Assembly (NCBI RefSeq): GCF_963676685.1
Contig: NC_092356.1
Coordinates: 248,001-312,000, forward strand
DNA from: Mytilus edulis
Lineage: Eukaryota
Reading direction: 5' to 3'
DNA length: 64,000 bases
The position numbers and the translations under genes are program-made. Numbering within the stretch: position 1 is the first letter of the stretch; every line of letters begins with the position of its first letter. This document shows positions 11,651-25,112 of this stretch, in pieces. A model generated the notes under the pieces. That model worked only from the letters and a program-made list of their open reading frames with translations. It was not told where the DNA came from and did no database searches.

Positions 11651-13884
11651 TGTTTTTTGTTATTAAATTATCTTACTATCTTCTGAGGCAATATTCCGCC
11701 ATATTGAAAGCAATACATTAAAAATTCATTTCTTTAAAGGTTAAGGTATAAACTATACATAAATCCAATTAAAGCCGATTAGATAAATATTGGCACAGTG
11801 GTAAAAGTAAAGTAATTTTGAATAATAAGGTCAAAAGATAATATTTAATAAAATATACACCTCAATACGAGAGATTAAATAAACAATAGAATCGTGTTGT
11901 TTCAGAATTAATTCAAAATTATTGTAGTTTTTCATGTACATTAACATGATTAAGTAGATAAACTCCTTATGTCGAAAATGACCTGTTTAGATATACATCC
12001 TAGTTATGGCTAGGAGTGACCTGTTTAGATATACATCCAAGTTATGGCTAGGAGTGACCTGTTTAGAAATACATCCAAGTTATGGCTAGTAGTTGTTATT
12101 CATTGTTATTAAATCACATTAAAGTTATTTCAAAAGTATGTATGGCATTACAGTACTGAAGTTGAAAAAGTAGGGGATTTGATTAGAAGATCGTAAAATG
12201 CAGACGCTCTGAGTCTCTGTGTTCGCCAATTCGTCACATGCAATTGGCCTTATAAAGTCTTTAGTTTTCTGTGTTGTGTCATGTGTTCTGTTATTGGTCT
12301 GTTTGTCCTTTTTTTGTTAGCCATGGCGTTGTCAGTTTTTTTCCAATTTATTAGTTTGACTGTCCCTCTTTTAAAAGAAACTCTATCTCGTCTTAAAATT
12401 GCTGTCTCTGAGATAATCTAGTCTTGGTTGTTTTTATCTTATTTTTATAGTATGTCTGATGTTGGCAAAACAAGTCGTAGATTTACTCTTTTGAATGGGA
12501 GCTACGTGTAGGTTGTGTTAAGCTTACTTTCATGTGTGGCGTGGATTATGCTCATTGTTGAAGGCTGAACAATGATCTAAAGTTACATTCAATAGTCTGT
12601 TTGTCTTGTAAAGATAATTGTGACATTTGCAATCATACCAAGTGTATAAAATATTTTTAAATTTGATATAACGTTTTTTGTAGTTATCTTCAGCTCAAAC
12701 TTTTTTCTCCAATGATTGATACATGTACTAAGTATTTTTTTGCAGATTGACAGAATTTGCTGTATTTCTAACTTAATAATTATCTATATTGCAAACAGTT
12801 TGTAATGAGGATGAATACAGTATCAGTAATGTCTCTCTATTGAAGAGGTTCCCCTTCATAAATCCTTTCATATTAATCAGAAAGGCTATTTAAAATAACG
12901 AGCGGAAAGAAGTTGCAACGGGATTTTAGCTAATGCCCTACAGTTGGATGTCTTATTGTGGCTAGAAAGGCTTATTTTTTTTTATATAAATAAGGCCGTT
13001 AGTTTTTCTCGTTTGAATTGTTTTACATTGTAACTTCGGGGCCTTTTATAGCTGACTATGTGGTATGGGCTTTGCTCATTGTTGAAGGCCGTACGGTGAC
13101 CGATTAAAGTTGTTAATTCATGTGTCATTATGGTAACTTGTAGAGAGTTATCTTATTGGCAATCATACCACATCTACTTTTTTATATGTATATATTTTTT
13201 TCAATGTAAAACAGTTGTTGACTGTGAAAACTAAAGGATGTATGATAAACGTATAAAACACCAAAAAAAAAATCAGCAAAACAAGATGCAGAAAAGATAT
13301 TGAAAAATTGATTTAAGATCACAGTTTTATTTAAGAAAATGGTTGTGTGGACTGCAAATCTCATGCTATCTAAGGACTCATTTCTAAATTTTATAGACGA
13401 GAACGTGTGTGATATTGGTGTAGAGATATACCGACAATTGTAAATAGTGTACATCGTTATACTTATTCTATTGGTGGTTGGATACTTTTAATTTATAACA
13501 GTCTACTAGTGAAAGGATATTCTTGACTTCATTCTGAAGGTGTGCTCATATTGGCAGAATGGACACAGAATACAGAATGCAGATGCCTTGAACTTGCAAA
13601 GTAGTAAAATCTGTAGACATATCTTTGAGTATTTTCTTTTTGCCCGTAAAACAACATCTTTTTTCAGTTTTTGAATGATAGCGTCATCTGCATTTAAAGT
13701 GCAAATTGCAAAAATCTTCAGCACGACATTTACCTAAAAATGTAAGAAAAATCAGTAAACCTGAGTTATTACCCCTGAAATAAAGCTTTTTCCACTAAAA
13801 GTTAAAACAGGTAAATTGCAAGAAAGATCAACAATACAAAGAGTAACGTTATTATATTACGTAACGATACTCATAATATAAAAA

Positions 13885-14570
13885 AAAGAAAAGATGTGGT
13901 ATGATTGCCAATGAGACAACTGTCCACAAGAGACATTAACAATTATAGGTCACCGTACGGCCTTCAACAATGAGCATACCCAAATCCGCATAGTCAGCTA
14001 TAAAAGGCCCCGATAAGACAATGTAAAACAATTCAAACGAGAAAACTAATGGCCTTATTTATATAAGAAAATGAACGAAAAACAAATATGTAACACATAA
14101 ATAAACGAGAACCACTAAATTACCGGCTCCTGACTTGGGACAGACACATACTACATAAATAATGTGGCGGGGTTAAACATGTTAGCGGGATCCCAACCCT
14201 CCCCCTAACCTGGGACAGTGGTATAACAGTACAACATAAGAACGAACTATAAAAACCAGTTGAAAAAGGCTTAACTCATCAGATGGACACAAATACAAGT
14301 GGACGCGGCCGGGTACTTATACATCCCGACACAAAAAGACACAATGAACAGATCTGAGAGTACTCGCAGTTATCTGACAGCTATATATATATAGCTAGTT
14401 CAAAGCCACTAACAACTAATAAAAAAATCATGCATCTTAGACTTAACTATCAATCCGTACACATCCAACATCCAATGGATTTAGTGTAAAGACGCTATAA
14501 ACAGCCAGACAAAAACATGACCTTGTGCAATGCCAAGTTACAGGTATCGACAGAGTGTAGATCCATGAAT
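13885..14570 (+). mobile_element. Long copy of the dominant dispersed repeat family (class unresolved); fragments at ~650-740, 2410-2570, 3030-3545, 12980-13185, 34555-34805, 43350-43915, 44215-44310, 46590-46850
   Basis: Recurrent aagatgtggtatgattgccaatgagacaact...gtcagctataaaaggcccc in both orientations. Confidence 0.75.
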
Positions 14571-14577
14571 ATGTATT

Positions 14578-14882
14578 TAAGGAATGACTGTAATATTTTT
14601 TCAGTCTATGAAGAAATAACATAAAAAATTTGGTGCAAACTGAATAACGCGCGTAGCGGGTTATTTAACAGTGTGAACCACATTTTTTATGTTATTTCGA
14701 ATAGACAGAATAAATATTACAGTCATTTCTTATAATTTAATTCTAAATTCCATTTTAAACCGTAGAAAACCATGAAAAATCGTTGATGACGTCACGGTCA
14801 CATGACTAAATTATGTCTATGGGCTCTTAACAAAATAACGTCAGCCAATCAAAAGACGCGTTACATCCAAAATTAAATTATA
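14578..14882 (+). mobile_element. Palindromic-head dispersed element; second copy at ~61555-61858
   Basis: Two near-identical ~300-bp copies with an internal inverted repeat around aataacgcgcgtagcgggttatt. Confidence 0.8.
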
Positions 14883-15007
14883 TGTATATAACATACTAGT
14901 AATATTTAGTTAGCTTTTAATTTACTGATAACAAAATCAATATTTATACCAATAAAACAATATTCAATGATCTTATTAAAGTATTGAATGGGTAACCTTT
15001 TAGCCAA

Positions 15008-16080
15008 GGTAGATACAAGTATCTTGTCTTAGGGAGGGATAAATCATACTTTGTAAAGAATCACTCTGATTCAAACAAAAAATTCTCTGAAACCGATATT
15101 ATCAAGATGCTTGATTTCTTGATTGACAACATATTTGTAACGTTCGGAGGACGTGTTTTTCAACAGACTGTCGGCATCCCAATGAGAACAAACTGTGCCC
15201 CTCTACTTGCCGACTTATTTCTTTATTGTTATGAGGCTGACTTCATGCAGGAACTTCTTAGGAAGAAAGATAAGAAGTTAGCAATATCCTTTAACTCTAC
15301 TTTCCGCTATATAGATGACGTTCTTTCACTAAACAATTCAACATTCGGTGACTATGTGGAACGCATCTATCCCATCGAATTGGAGATAAAGGATACTACA
15401 GATACAGTTAAGTCGGCTTCATATCTTGACTTACATCTAGAAATTGACAATGAGGGTCGGTTGAAAACAAAACTTTACGACAAAAGAGATGATTTCAGCT
15501 TTCCAATTGTGAACTTTCCATTTCTAAGTAGCAACATTCCAGCAGCACCTGCATACGGGGTATATATCTCCCAATTGATACGATATTCCCGTGCTTGCAT
15601 TTCCTATCATGATTTTCTTGATAGAGGGTTACTGCTCACAAGGAAGCTATTAAACCAAGAGTTCCAAATGGTGAAGTTGAAATCATCCCTTCGTAAATTT
15701 TACGGACGCCATCACGAGTTGGTTGACCGTTATGGAATAACCGTTTCACAAATGATATCGGATATGTTCTTTACGTCGTAACTACAATCCCCTTCCCTTT
15801 CATGAATGTGACCTACCGATTTAGACTATTTACCGGTTATGTAATCACATAAGCAACACGACGGGGCCACATGTGGAGCAGGATCTGCTTACCCTTCCGG
15901 AGCACCTGAGATCACCCCTAGTTTTTGGTGGGGTTCGTGTTGTTTATTCTTTAGTTTTCTATGTTGTGTCATGTGTACTATTGTTTTTCTGTTTGTCTTT
16001 TTCATTTTTAGCCATGGCGTTGTAAGTTTGTTTTAGATTTATGAGTTTGACTGTCCCTTTGGTATCTTTCGTCCCTCTTT
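15008..16080 (+). mobile_element. 5'-truncated Penelope-like retroelement: RT core/thumb (ORF 15107..15781) plus 3' tail
   Basis: QQTVGIPM(R)TNCAPLLADLFL, FRYIDDV, YLDL, LYDKRDDF, AYGVYISQLIRY motifs. Confidence 0.85.
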
Positions 16081-17162
16081 TTTTTAGAATAAGTTTATTT
16101 AAAGGAGCGACAAGTTTACATGGATCATTTCTAACGTTCGGGCACGGTTAACAACATTTCCGTAAAAATGAGGATGTGCTATCCCGTTTGAAAAAAGTTT
16201 TCTACAAGTACAACCAAACTTCAAAACCAAATCTTTATATCTATGGAAAAATTTAGTAAAAGTTTTAAGTAATTTATGGTAACAATATCCCTGGTTTAAT
16301 AATCAACCAGTAATACATAGATTGCGTTCCTAAGCATTTTGGAGATTGGTTCTTGTCGAGAAAAAAAAAGTACACTTGAAAAAATAACACAGTATCGACT
16401 CATTCCTCCAAAAATATCAAGTATACGAACAAAAATAGACCATATATATAGACTTGATACAGGCACAGACACTAAAGGTTTTAAATTTTGACCGACAAAG
16501 AGAATGCACAGGCTCTTAATGATATTAATGATATTTGAACGAAACAATAGAGCAACATTTGGCTTAAATATTGGCAAAACAAGGAGATATTTCAAGCTTT
16601 TTGACGGACAATATAATTTCACAGTTTTATCTTAAAAGTAGACCGTTAATAGATATATACAGATATTTGTTTCAACATTTTCAAGTTCGATGAGGAGAGG
16701 TCATCATTTATCTTTAACAATTTAAAGCTGCGTTGTTTTTGTGACTTTACCTAATATGGCTATGAGGGTCCTTTTAATTTTTTTGTCTTTCATATGAAAT
16801 AAGCAGATTTTGTTAGATTGCCAATGAAACAACTATCCGAAATAGTTTAAATGAAACTGATTTCAGCAACATTGCATGTCTATCCGTTCAGAATGTTTGG
16901 AACACTGACTGTACGTGTTGATATTGGACTAACCAGCACAATGATACAAACTGTTTGTTGCTGATATAAGGCCGACAAGGAGAGAAGGATTGTGGTTGTT
17001 TGTCCTGACAACTGTTGTCTCATAAGCTGTTTTGAGTTGTTGTAAATGTAATTAGTTGTAACCTCATTATGGTTTTTTTCTGTTTTTGGTTTTGTTTATT
17101 ATGTAATTAATTGTAACCTCAGTATGTTTTTCTCTGTTTGGGATTGATTCTTATATCTTTAA

Positions 17163-17840
17163 ATTTGAGAATGGAAATGGGGAATGTGTCAAAGAGACAA
17201 CAACCCGACCATAGAAAAAACAACAGTAGAAGGTCACCAATGGGTCTTCAATGTAGCGAGACATTCCCGCACTCGGAGGCGTCCTTCAGCTGGCCCCTAA
17301 ACAAATATGTACTACATTGTAGTTCAGTGATAATGAACGCCATACTAATTTCCGAATTGTACACAAGAAACTAAAATTAAAACATACAAGACTAACAAAG
17401 GCAAGAGGCTCCTGACTTAGGTTAAACATGTTTATGAGATCTCAACCCTCCCCCCTATACCTCTACCCAATGTAGAAAAGTAAACGCATAACAATACGCA
17501 CATTTAAAATTCAATTCAAGAGAAGTCCGAGTCTGATGTCAGAAGATGTAACCAAAGAAAATAAACAAAATGACAATAATACATAAATAACAACAGACTA
17601 CTAGCAGTTAACTGACATGCCAGCTCCAGACTTCAATTAAACTGATTGAAAGATTATGATTTCATCATATGAATATCAGGCACAATCCTTCCCGTTAGGG
17701 GTTTAGTATCATACCATCATAACATATATGTATTGAGAAGAAAATAACCCGTGTCATGCCAACAACTGGTTTTTTAATAAATGTGTTTAGTTCCGATGCA
17801 AATACCCTATAAGTGAATCAATATTAACGCCAAAATAAGC
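17163..17840 (+). mobile_element. Dispersed repeat family 2; near-identical 5' part at 57447-57783
   Basis: Shared aattgagaatggaaatggggaatg...gtccttcagctggcccctaaac. Confidence 0.75.
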
Positions 17841-18280
17841 AAAATAAACGCTGCTTTCTTTCTAAATTTCAGAAATGGTGTAATTTTCCCACGAGAACCC
17901 GTTTTAAGATCACATTTTAAAACTAATAAATTTCATAAAAAGGTTGAGAAAATGTCAATAACAACATAACACATTTTTACCATTTGGGAAATAAGTTGCA
18001 AATATGAAGGTATATATTTTATTAAATGCTTGAAACACTTGCAAATTGGTAAAAAATAGCTCCGTTGTATGTAATTTTTTGTAAAAAATCATTATGGGAT
18101 AGAAATTGTATTGAATGCCCCTAAATGCCCCTTTCATAATTTTCGACCCTTTTTATGTTTGATATTTAAATATGTGCATTAACTTTTGGATCTTGACCAC
18201 GTGTGAGACTTTTCTATATAACGGTAAAATTGGGAAATAAAATTATATAACGGGTATTTACGTTAATTTTGAAAACATAC

Positions 18281-18380
18281 NNNNNNNNNNNNNNNNNNNN
18301 NNNNNNNNNNNNNNNNNNNNNNNNNNNNNNNNNNNNNNNNNNNNNNNNNNNNNNNNNNNNNNNNNNNNNNNNNNNNNNNN
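18281..18380. other. Assembly gap (100 N, true size unknown)
   Basis: Run of 100 n. Confidence 0.99.
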
Positions 18381-20254
18381 TGACAATTTCTTTTGTGTTA
18401 TCATTGCTGGCAGGGGCGGATCCAGCCATTTATAAAAGGGGGATTCAAACCATATGTCCCCATTCAAATGCATTGATCGTCCAAAAAAAGGGTGGTTCCA
18501 ACCACGGACCCCCTCCCCTTTGATCCGCCACTGTCCAGCCTATCGTGACATGAAAGATGTACGCGTGCAGGAATGGGCGGGATAGAAAAGGGAGGGCTGA
18601 GAGTTATACAAGTTCATTCGATTCCAGATTGATAACATAAACATAGTAAGCTGGTTAGATATTAGTCAGTTTTATTTGTTGTATTACAGTTCCTGACTAA
18701 GTTCAACCTGTCGCTCCACTAATCCCGCACAAAGCTCTACAGTCTGATTGATTCGACAGTCTGGTGTATCCATAAGCTTCCAATGACTCTGAAACGCCTT
18801 GTAGCGTGTTCGACATATACCCGATACTCTGATACACGCAAATTCATTTATTTTTAAAGATTTTCTTCTTTCTGCTAGTGGTTTAGCTCTAAGTTGATTG
18901 CGCCTGTGGCGGTTAAAGAGGGGCGATTGACATGGATAATTTTTTTCCCGCTAAGATGACAAAATTCTGGGGAAATCGAACTCCAAACCTGGTCAATTGA
19001 AGGCAATAGGTTATACCGTTGGGCATCATTTTGGTGTCCTATATATGGAACCACTTCGAATAAATCTTATATGATTTTCTGTTGTCCACAATCCCCTATG
19101 TATGAATGCAATGTCCGCAAAGGTGGAGTTAAGGTGTAAATGCAAAGTCATTATGCAATGCTTTGAAACTCTGCAGGGATGTTCAACCGGTGAGTAGTGA
19201 GTCATATTTTACACAAACCTCTTATCGTTCTGAACATGCATGAAATATTTGCCACTGGACGTTAAGCAACCAACAATCAATCAATCACAAACCCCTTATA
19301 AAGAAAATACAATTGAGCTGAAACTGTTTAAATTAAGACAAAGTTGGAAGGAAATAAAGGAAGAAAATACATGCCTTCGCCGCTATATGACGGGAGTAAA
19401 TTTTCTAAACTATTATGCAACAAGTTTCAAGTTGAAATTGCATAAAAATCGTATTTTAGGTGTTTTAAAACATACCCCGTTAGATAAAAATTTAGGTGGC
19501 AAACAACTGGATCAAAATACATACACTCCTTTTGTTTGCTTTTTATAACTATATAAAAATAACCGTTACATATATATTCACGAGAAGGTATAAAACAGAT
19601 TATAATACTAGCTTTGATTATTTGTAAGGTCGTTTAAGGACTAGCCGAAGAATTCACACACTCCGCAATCCCCCCCCCCCCCCCCCCCCCCCCACCACCA
19701 CCACCATCTTCTGCTGCATTTACATGACCGTGACCCTCCCCCCACCATTTTTTTTTGCATTATTGTTTCTTGAAAAATATTATGGAATTTATTAATATCA
19801 ATTTCCTACATTTCTTATGGTACAAATGTCATTGAATATTCGTTCCATACGAATTGCCTCCAAAAGGATTAATGCAGTTTTCGAATCATATTCAATGTAT
19901 ACAGGTAATATAATTTGTGTTTTTATACAGTCCCCACATTTAAAATGTAATTTGTCAACCTCAGCGTCGTGAATATACCTTTTCGTAACGTGTCTAATAG
20001 CTAATAGGAAATAGTGTTGAAAGTTTGATTAAACACAATCAATGAATTAGTAAAACGGACGGGTATGCTTATAAGTCATACACTAACTGATAATCGGTTA
20101 TCGCGGGGACGAAACTTTTGGGGACATTCAATCATCTCTATTACCTTGATTAGTTATAAAATCAACAACAACACAAATCAGTTGATCATTCAGATCAGCA
20201 CATACCGGTATAAATAAACAATGGATTTTGAAAGAAACCAAAATCTAAATTTAC

Positions 20255-20311
20255 CTGAACAACTTGACACTGTAGCACAGGTCTCAGCGTAAAACTTTGT
20301 CGCCTTTTTAT
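20255..20311 (-). CDS. LRR gene C exon 2 (57 bp; DKKATKFYAETCATVSSCSG); no transmembrane exon found downstream
   Basis: tatttgtAG acceptor, CAG|GTAAAT candidate donor, homology to paralogous exon 2. Confidence 0.82.
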
Positions 20312-20710
20312 CTACAAATATACCAAGCATAATCATGTATCTAAAACTTCAAATATTGTTGTACCTGATTGACCGATCAACATTTTATGTTTCCAATTAT
20401 AATAAATTTTATATTTTAAATTAGTTGAAATATGTGCGCTTTTAGAGAGAACAAAAGTCTGATTTATCCAAGAACAGTTTTGAAAACACCCATTTCAGGC
20501 TTGTTTTTTCCTATTTCTAGACTACCTGAGTAAGAATCCAAACAGATAACAGGATATTGCAAGGTAAAATATATCTCTGTCAGTTAAAGCTCCGTCACTT
20601 TTTTAAACTGTGTTTAATTTTTTTTTACAAGTGCTGTTTTTTAAAGGTAAGGATAACACTTGAATTATTTAACAAAGTAAACGAATTTCATTTTTTAATA
20701 TAAAACATAC

Positions 20711-21632
20711 CTTGGTAACTAGCTGGTGTGTTACAGATTAAGTCAGACGGCAGTTTCACAGAGTTTTCACTAGAATACGTTAGGAAGTCTAAATTTGAAC
20801 ATGAACAGTCATATGCAAGTCCACCTAGGTCAATGGACGACAGACTTTTCATACTTGTGAAGAGATTACTCTCCAATGACGTAATAGAATTGTCGACCAG
20901 AGACATATAATTGAGCTGAGTTGTCAGACTAAACGCTGAAGCATCAATAGCTGTAACCCCAGCTTTTACTAATTGTATTGTTCGTATCGAAGTTTGTCCG
21001 TCGAACACACCTGCTGGTACTGTAGTTGGTGTAATCGAACAATCCTTTATTATAAGTTCTCCCTTAGGTTCAGCAACAGCAAGTGATTCAATCGTAACAG
21101 ATGTCAAAAAGTCTGTCGAATAAGACGCTATGGATCCGTGTTCAAAAATCAATGAGTTCAGACTTCCGAATGGCCCTAGAATGCCATTTGATAAGGACAC
21201 TATGTTACAATAAGAAAATTTAACTTCCTGTAGATAACTCATGTCGGTGAAGGTACTAGTTGTGAGAGTTATCGAACCTGACGTAGTACAGACTAGTTCA
21301 AGGTAAGCTGGGTAATTTCTGTCGAACGAACCGGAGGTAAAACTTGAGAATCCCGAAAATGCACTTCCGCTGGCTGGTAAGTTTCCGTTTAAATTCGTGA
21401 TCTTCAGTCTTTGTGGAAGAGGACTTGAAAACGCTGAGTAAGTCAAAGGTTCCGAGTAGCTTCCAAATACACAAGTATACACCCCTGTTGATGAATAGGC
21501 ACTGTCATAACTACAGCCAGTAGGAGATGTTTCATTTGTTATCTCAAACAATAAAGTAAAGAAGATAGCAAACGGAAAAATCTTACAATGCTTAAACATT
21601 TTAGACAACATAGATATAATAAAACATAACAT
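20711..21632 (-). CDS. LRR gene C exon 1 (true start may be a downstream ATG)
   Basis: ORF 20688..21632 with family motifs and YDCSCSNL; donor CAAG|GTATGT, phase 1. Confidence 0.9.
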
Positions 21633-23134
21633 AGAATCTGTTATTGTAATGTAAACTTATGGGTTTAATCCCTTTTATACAGTCTGCAATTTACTTGCAC
21701 TATAAATGCGATTAAACAAAACAAATAAATTAAGGATTAAGTATAGACGCCCTTTATGCATTTGGTTATTATATTTTGATTTTTTTATACCATTAGATGC
21801 ACGCTCACCTTAAAGACATTTAAAATTCAAAACGGCATGATAAATAAAGGCAACAGTAGTGAGTAGTATACCGCTGTTCGAAACTCATAAATCTATAAAG
21901 AAAAAAAACTAACCCGGGTTAAAAACTAACAGTTCCAATAAACTAATGATAACTGTTCCTGTAGTTTAGGTTTTTATAAAATAAATTTCTCATAAAAGTA
22001 TCTTTTATAAATTGATGAATACAAAGAGATTTCAAACTGGGTATTTTTAACTGAGTCAGCAGTCCAACAACTTAAAACAAATAAAATAAGAAATCTCTTA
22101 AAGCTGTTAATCTCCGTGAGTTTAGAAAAGAAATGAAGTTATGTTTAAAGATGTTCGCTACTTTTTTTTCAAAATAACAAGCTGATAAATACACTCATCA
22201 AAGATTCCAGGATTAAAAGAAATAAAACAAAATAAAAGAGAGAAAAATCAGGATCCTCTGGCCTTTGTTATTGTTGTATGTATATTTTTTTAATGTTAGT
22301 TCATTTATTTGTGTTGTATTTAGGGGCAAGCCGAGGACTACTACCGGGTTCGGAATTTTTCTCGTTTTTTTTCAAGACCCATTGGTGGCCTTCGGCTGTT
22401 ATCTGCTCTATGGCGTGCTTGTCCCAACTATAGTAATCATTTAAATGTAAATGTAGCTAGGAAGAATGAGTATTCTGGGAGAGCAATCATTAGGAGATTT
22501 AAAAAAAGACATATTTAAATAGATCTTAGTTCAACTCAATTATGTTTATGAAATACTTGCGGATAGACAATGTTAGCCACTTTTTATTATATTAACTCAT
22601 CCACATAATATCATTAGAAAATTGTAATATGGTGAGACAAGCACAGGTCTAACACTGGTACATGCAACGAGTCAGTTTTCTTCCACCTAAATACCACTAT
22701 TTGATTTGGTTAATTATTAGTAGTAACTGTAACAAAATTAAATTTAGTTTACAGTTAGTTTATTGTACATGGACTGGTTTCAACAGAAAGATTCTGAAAG
22801 CAGAAAGAAAGTGGGCACCTTACAAACAACACGGCTTTATTAGATGTCAATACGAATACTAAAACATAGGTACTTTCATTTTTTCACATACCCGCGTGTG
22901 TTCTAGTATTAACTAAAAGTATTGTTTTTCTGTTTGTCTTTTTCATTTTTAGCCATGGTGTTGTCAGTTTGTTTTAGATTTATGAGTTTGACTGTCCCTT
23001 TGGTATCTTTCGTTCCTCTTTTTGTACTGATTGATATTTTAGCTTTATATTTTAATTGATTGTTGTTAGCTTTGAACTATATATTTCTGTCAGTTAACGT
23101 ACTGCGAATACTCTCAGATCTGTACTTAATGACA

Positions 23135-23768
23135 TTGTTTGTTGTTACGGATGGTGGTGGATATATACCCTGGAACGCCCTGTCTGTGTATTTGTTTGTT
23201 GTTACGGATGGTGGTGGATATATAACCTGTAACGCCCTGTCTGTGTATTTGTTTGTTGTTACGGATGGTGGTGGATATATAACCTGTAACGCCCTGTCTG
23301 TGTATTTGTTTGTTGTTACGGATGGTGGTGGATATATAACCTGTAACGCCCTGTCTGTGTATTTGTTTGTTGTTACGGATGGTGGTGGATATATAACCTG
23401 TAACGCCCTGTCTGTGTATTTGTTTGTTGTTACGGATGGTGGTGGATATATAACCTGTAACGCCCTGTCTGTGTATTTGTTTGTTGTTACGGATGGTGGT
23501 GGATATATAACCTGTAACGCCCTGTCTGTGTATTTGTTTGTTGTTACGGATGGTGGTGGATATATAACCTGTAACGCCCTGTCTGTGTATTTGTTTGTTG
23601 TTACGGATGGTGGTGGATATATAACCTGTAACGCCCTGTCTGTGTATTTGTTTGTTGTTTCGGATGGTGGTGGATATATAACCTGTAACGCCCTGTCTGT
23701 GTATTTGTTTGTTGTTACGGATGGTGGTGGATATATAACCTGTAACGCCCTGTCTGTGTATTTGTTTG
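23135..23768 (+). repeat. 57-bp minisatellite, ~11 near-identical copies, inside a dispersed repeat
   Basis: Unit tgtttgttgttacggatggtggtggatatataacctgtaacgccctgtctgtgtatt. Confidence 0.95.
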
Positions 23769-24294
23769 GTGTTTTTCTTTGTATCGATCTAATGAGGTAA
23801 ACCTTTTTCAACTGATTTTTATATTATGTTGTAATGGTGTGCTGTTGCAACACTGATCCAGGCTGGCGGAGGGTTGAGTGCTCACAGACATGTTTAACAC
23901 TGTCACATTCTGAGTGTGTTTCAGTCTATTGGGGAGTCTTGTCAAATCAGAATCATAAATATTTCGTGAAGCCGAGTCACCTTATTTGTTACTAGAGACC
24001 AAATAACATTAGCCGAGTAGTCAGCATGAATTATCATATTTTATAAATTAACTGTTTAGTATAAAAAATTTGAATTTGTGAAATACTAAGGGTGCATTTC
24101 TTTCTAACCACAATTTTGTAAACGTTGTGTGGTGTTTGTTGTTGTTTCCTAAACGCGACAAAAGTAGAAACAAATACATCGTTTAATCAGTGTTTACTGA
24201 CCCTGTTTGAACTTTCAATAATGCATGCATATGTTGTTGGTAAACATACTTTTTTTACAAACGTAGAAACAAATACATCGTTAAATCAGGTTGA

Positions 24295-24790
24295 AGATAT
24301 TCCCGTGCTTGCATTTCCTATCATAGATAGAGGGTTGCTGCTCACAAGGAATCTATTAAACCAAGAGTTCCAAATGGTGAAGGTGTAAGCATTCCTTCGT
24401 AAATTTTACGAACGCCATCACGAGTTGGTTGACCGTTATGGAATAACTGTTTCACAGACGATATCGGATATGCTCCTTACGTCGTAACTACAATCCCCTT
24501 CCCTTTCATGAATGTGACCTACCAAATTAGACTATTTACCGGATTTGTTATCACATAAGCAACACGACGGGTGCCCCATGTGGAGCAGGATTTGCTTACC
24601 TTTCCGGAGCACCTGAAAACACCCCTAGTTTTTGGTGGGGTTCGTGTTGTTTATTCTTTAGTTTTCTATGCAATGTCATGTGTACTATTGTTTGTCTGAT
24701 TGTCTTTTTCAGTTTTAGCCATGGCGTTGTCAGTTTATTTTCGATTTATGAGTTTGACTGTCCCTTTAATATCTTTCGTCCTTCTTTTCA
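24295..24790 (+). mobile_element. Shorter decayed copy of the same Penelope-like element 3' end
   Basis: High similarity to 15583-16080 with indels and stops. Confidence 0.85.
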
Positions 24791-25066
24791 ACAAATGTAG
24801 CGTTTGTACTTACAAACGATAAACGACAAACTGTAGACGCATTTCTAGCTAGTGCATAGTTTGTCAAAATTTACGTTAACTTTGCAAACGTATGTTAGAA
24901 ACAAATCATCAAAACATGTGCGGACTTAGCCGTTTGGATCGTTTGTGTTAGAAAGAAATGCACTCTAAAGCTTTTCTACCTCATGAATAGAATACCTTTT
25001 GGAATTTTGGTCCTCAATGCTCTTCAACTTTGTACTTTATTTGGCCTTTTTAAATTTTTTGAATTC

Positions 25067-25112
25067 GAGCGTCACTGATGAGTCTTTTGTATACGAAACG
25101 CGCGTCTGGTGT
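25067..25112 (+). ncRNA. Minimal type I hammerhead ribozyme motif in a repeat fragment
   Basis: cgtca-CTGATGA-gtcttttgtatac-GAAA-cgcgcGTC-tggtg: conserved core boxes, helix I cgtca/tggtg, palindromic helix III; helix II carries a mismatch. Confidence 0.7.

Noticed and set aside
13506-13733. Candidate missing exon 3 of gene C
   Set aside because: The open frame is phase 0 rather than phase 1, and neither frame gives the G..C-TM pattern.
18214-18523. ORFs containing X runs
   Set aside because: Artefacts of the 100-N gap.
23060-23811. 246-aa and 244-aa ORFs on opposite strands
   Set aside because: Translations of a stop-free 57-bp minisatellite inside a dispersed repeat.
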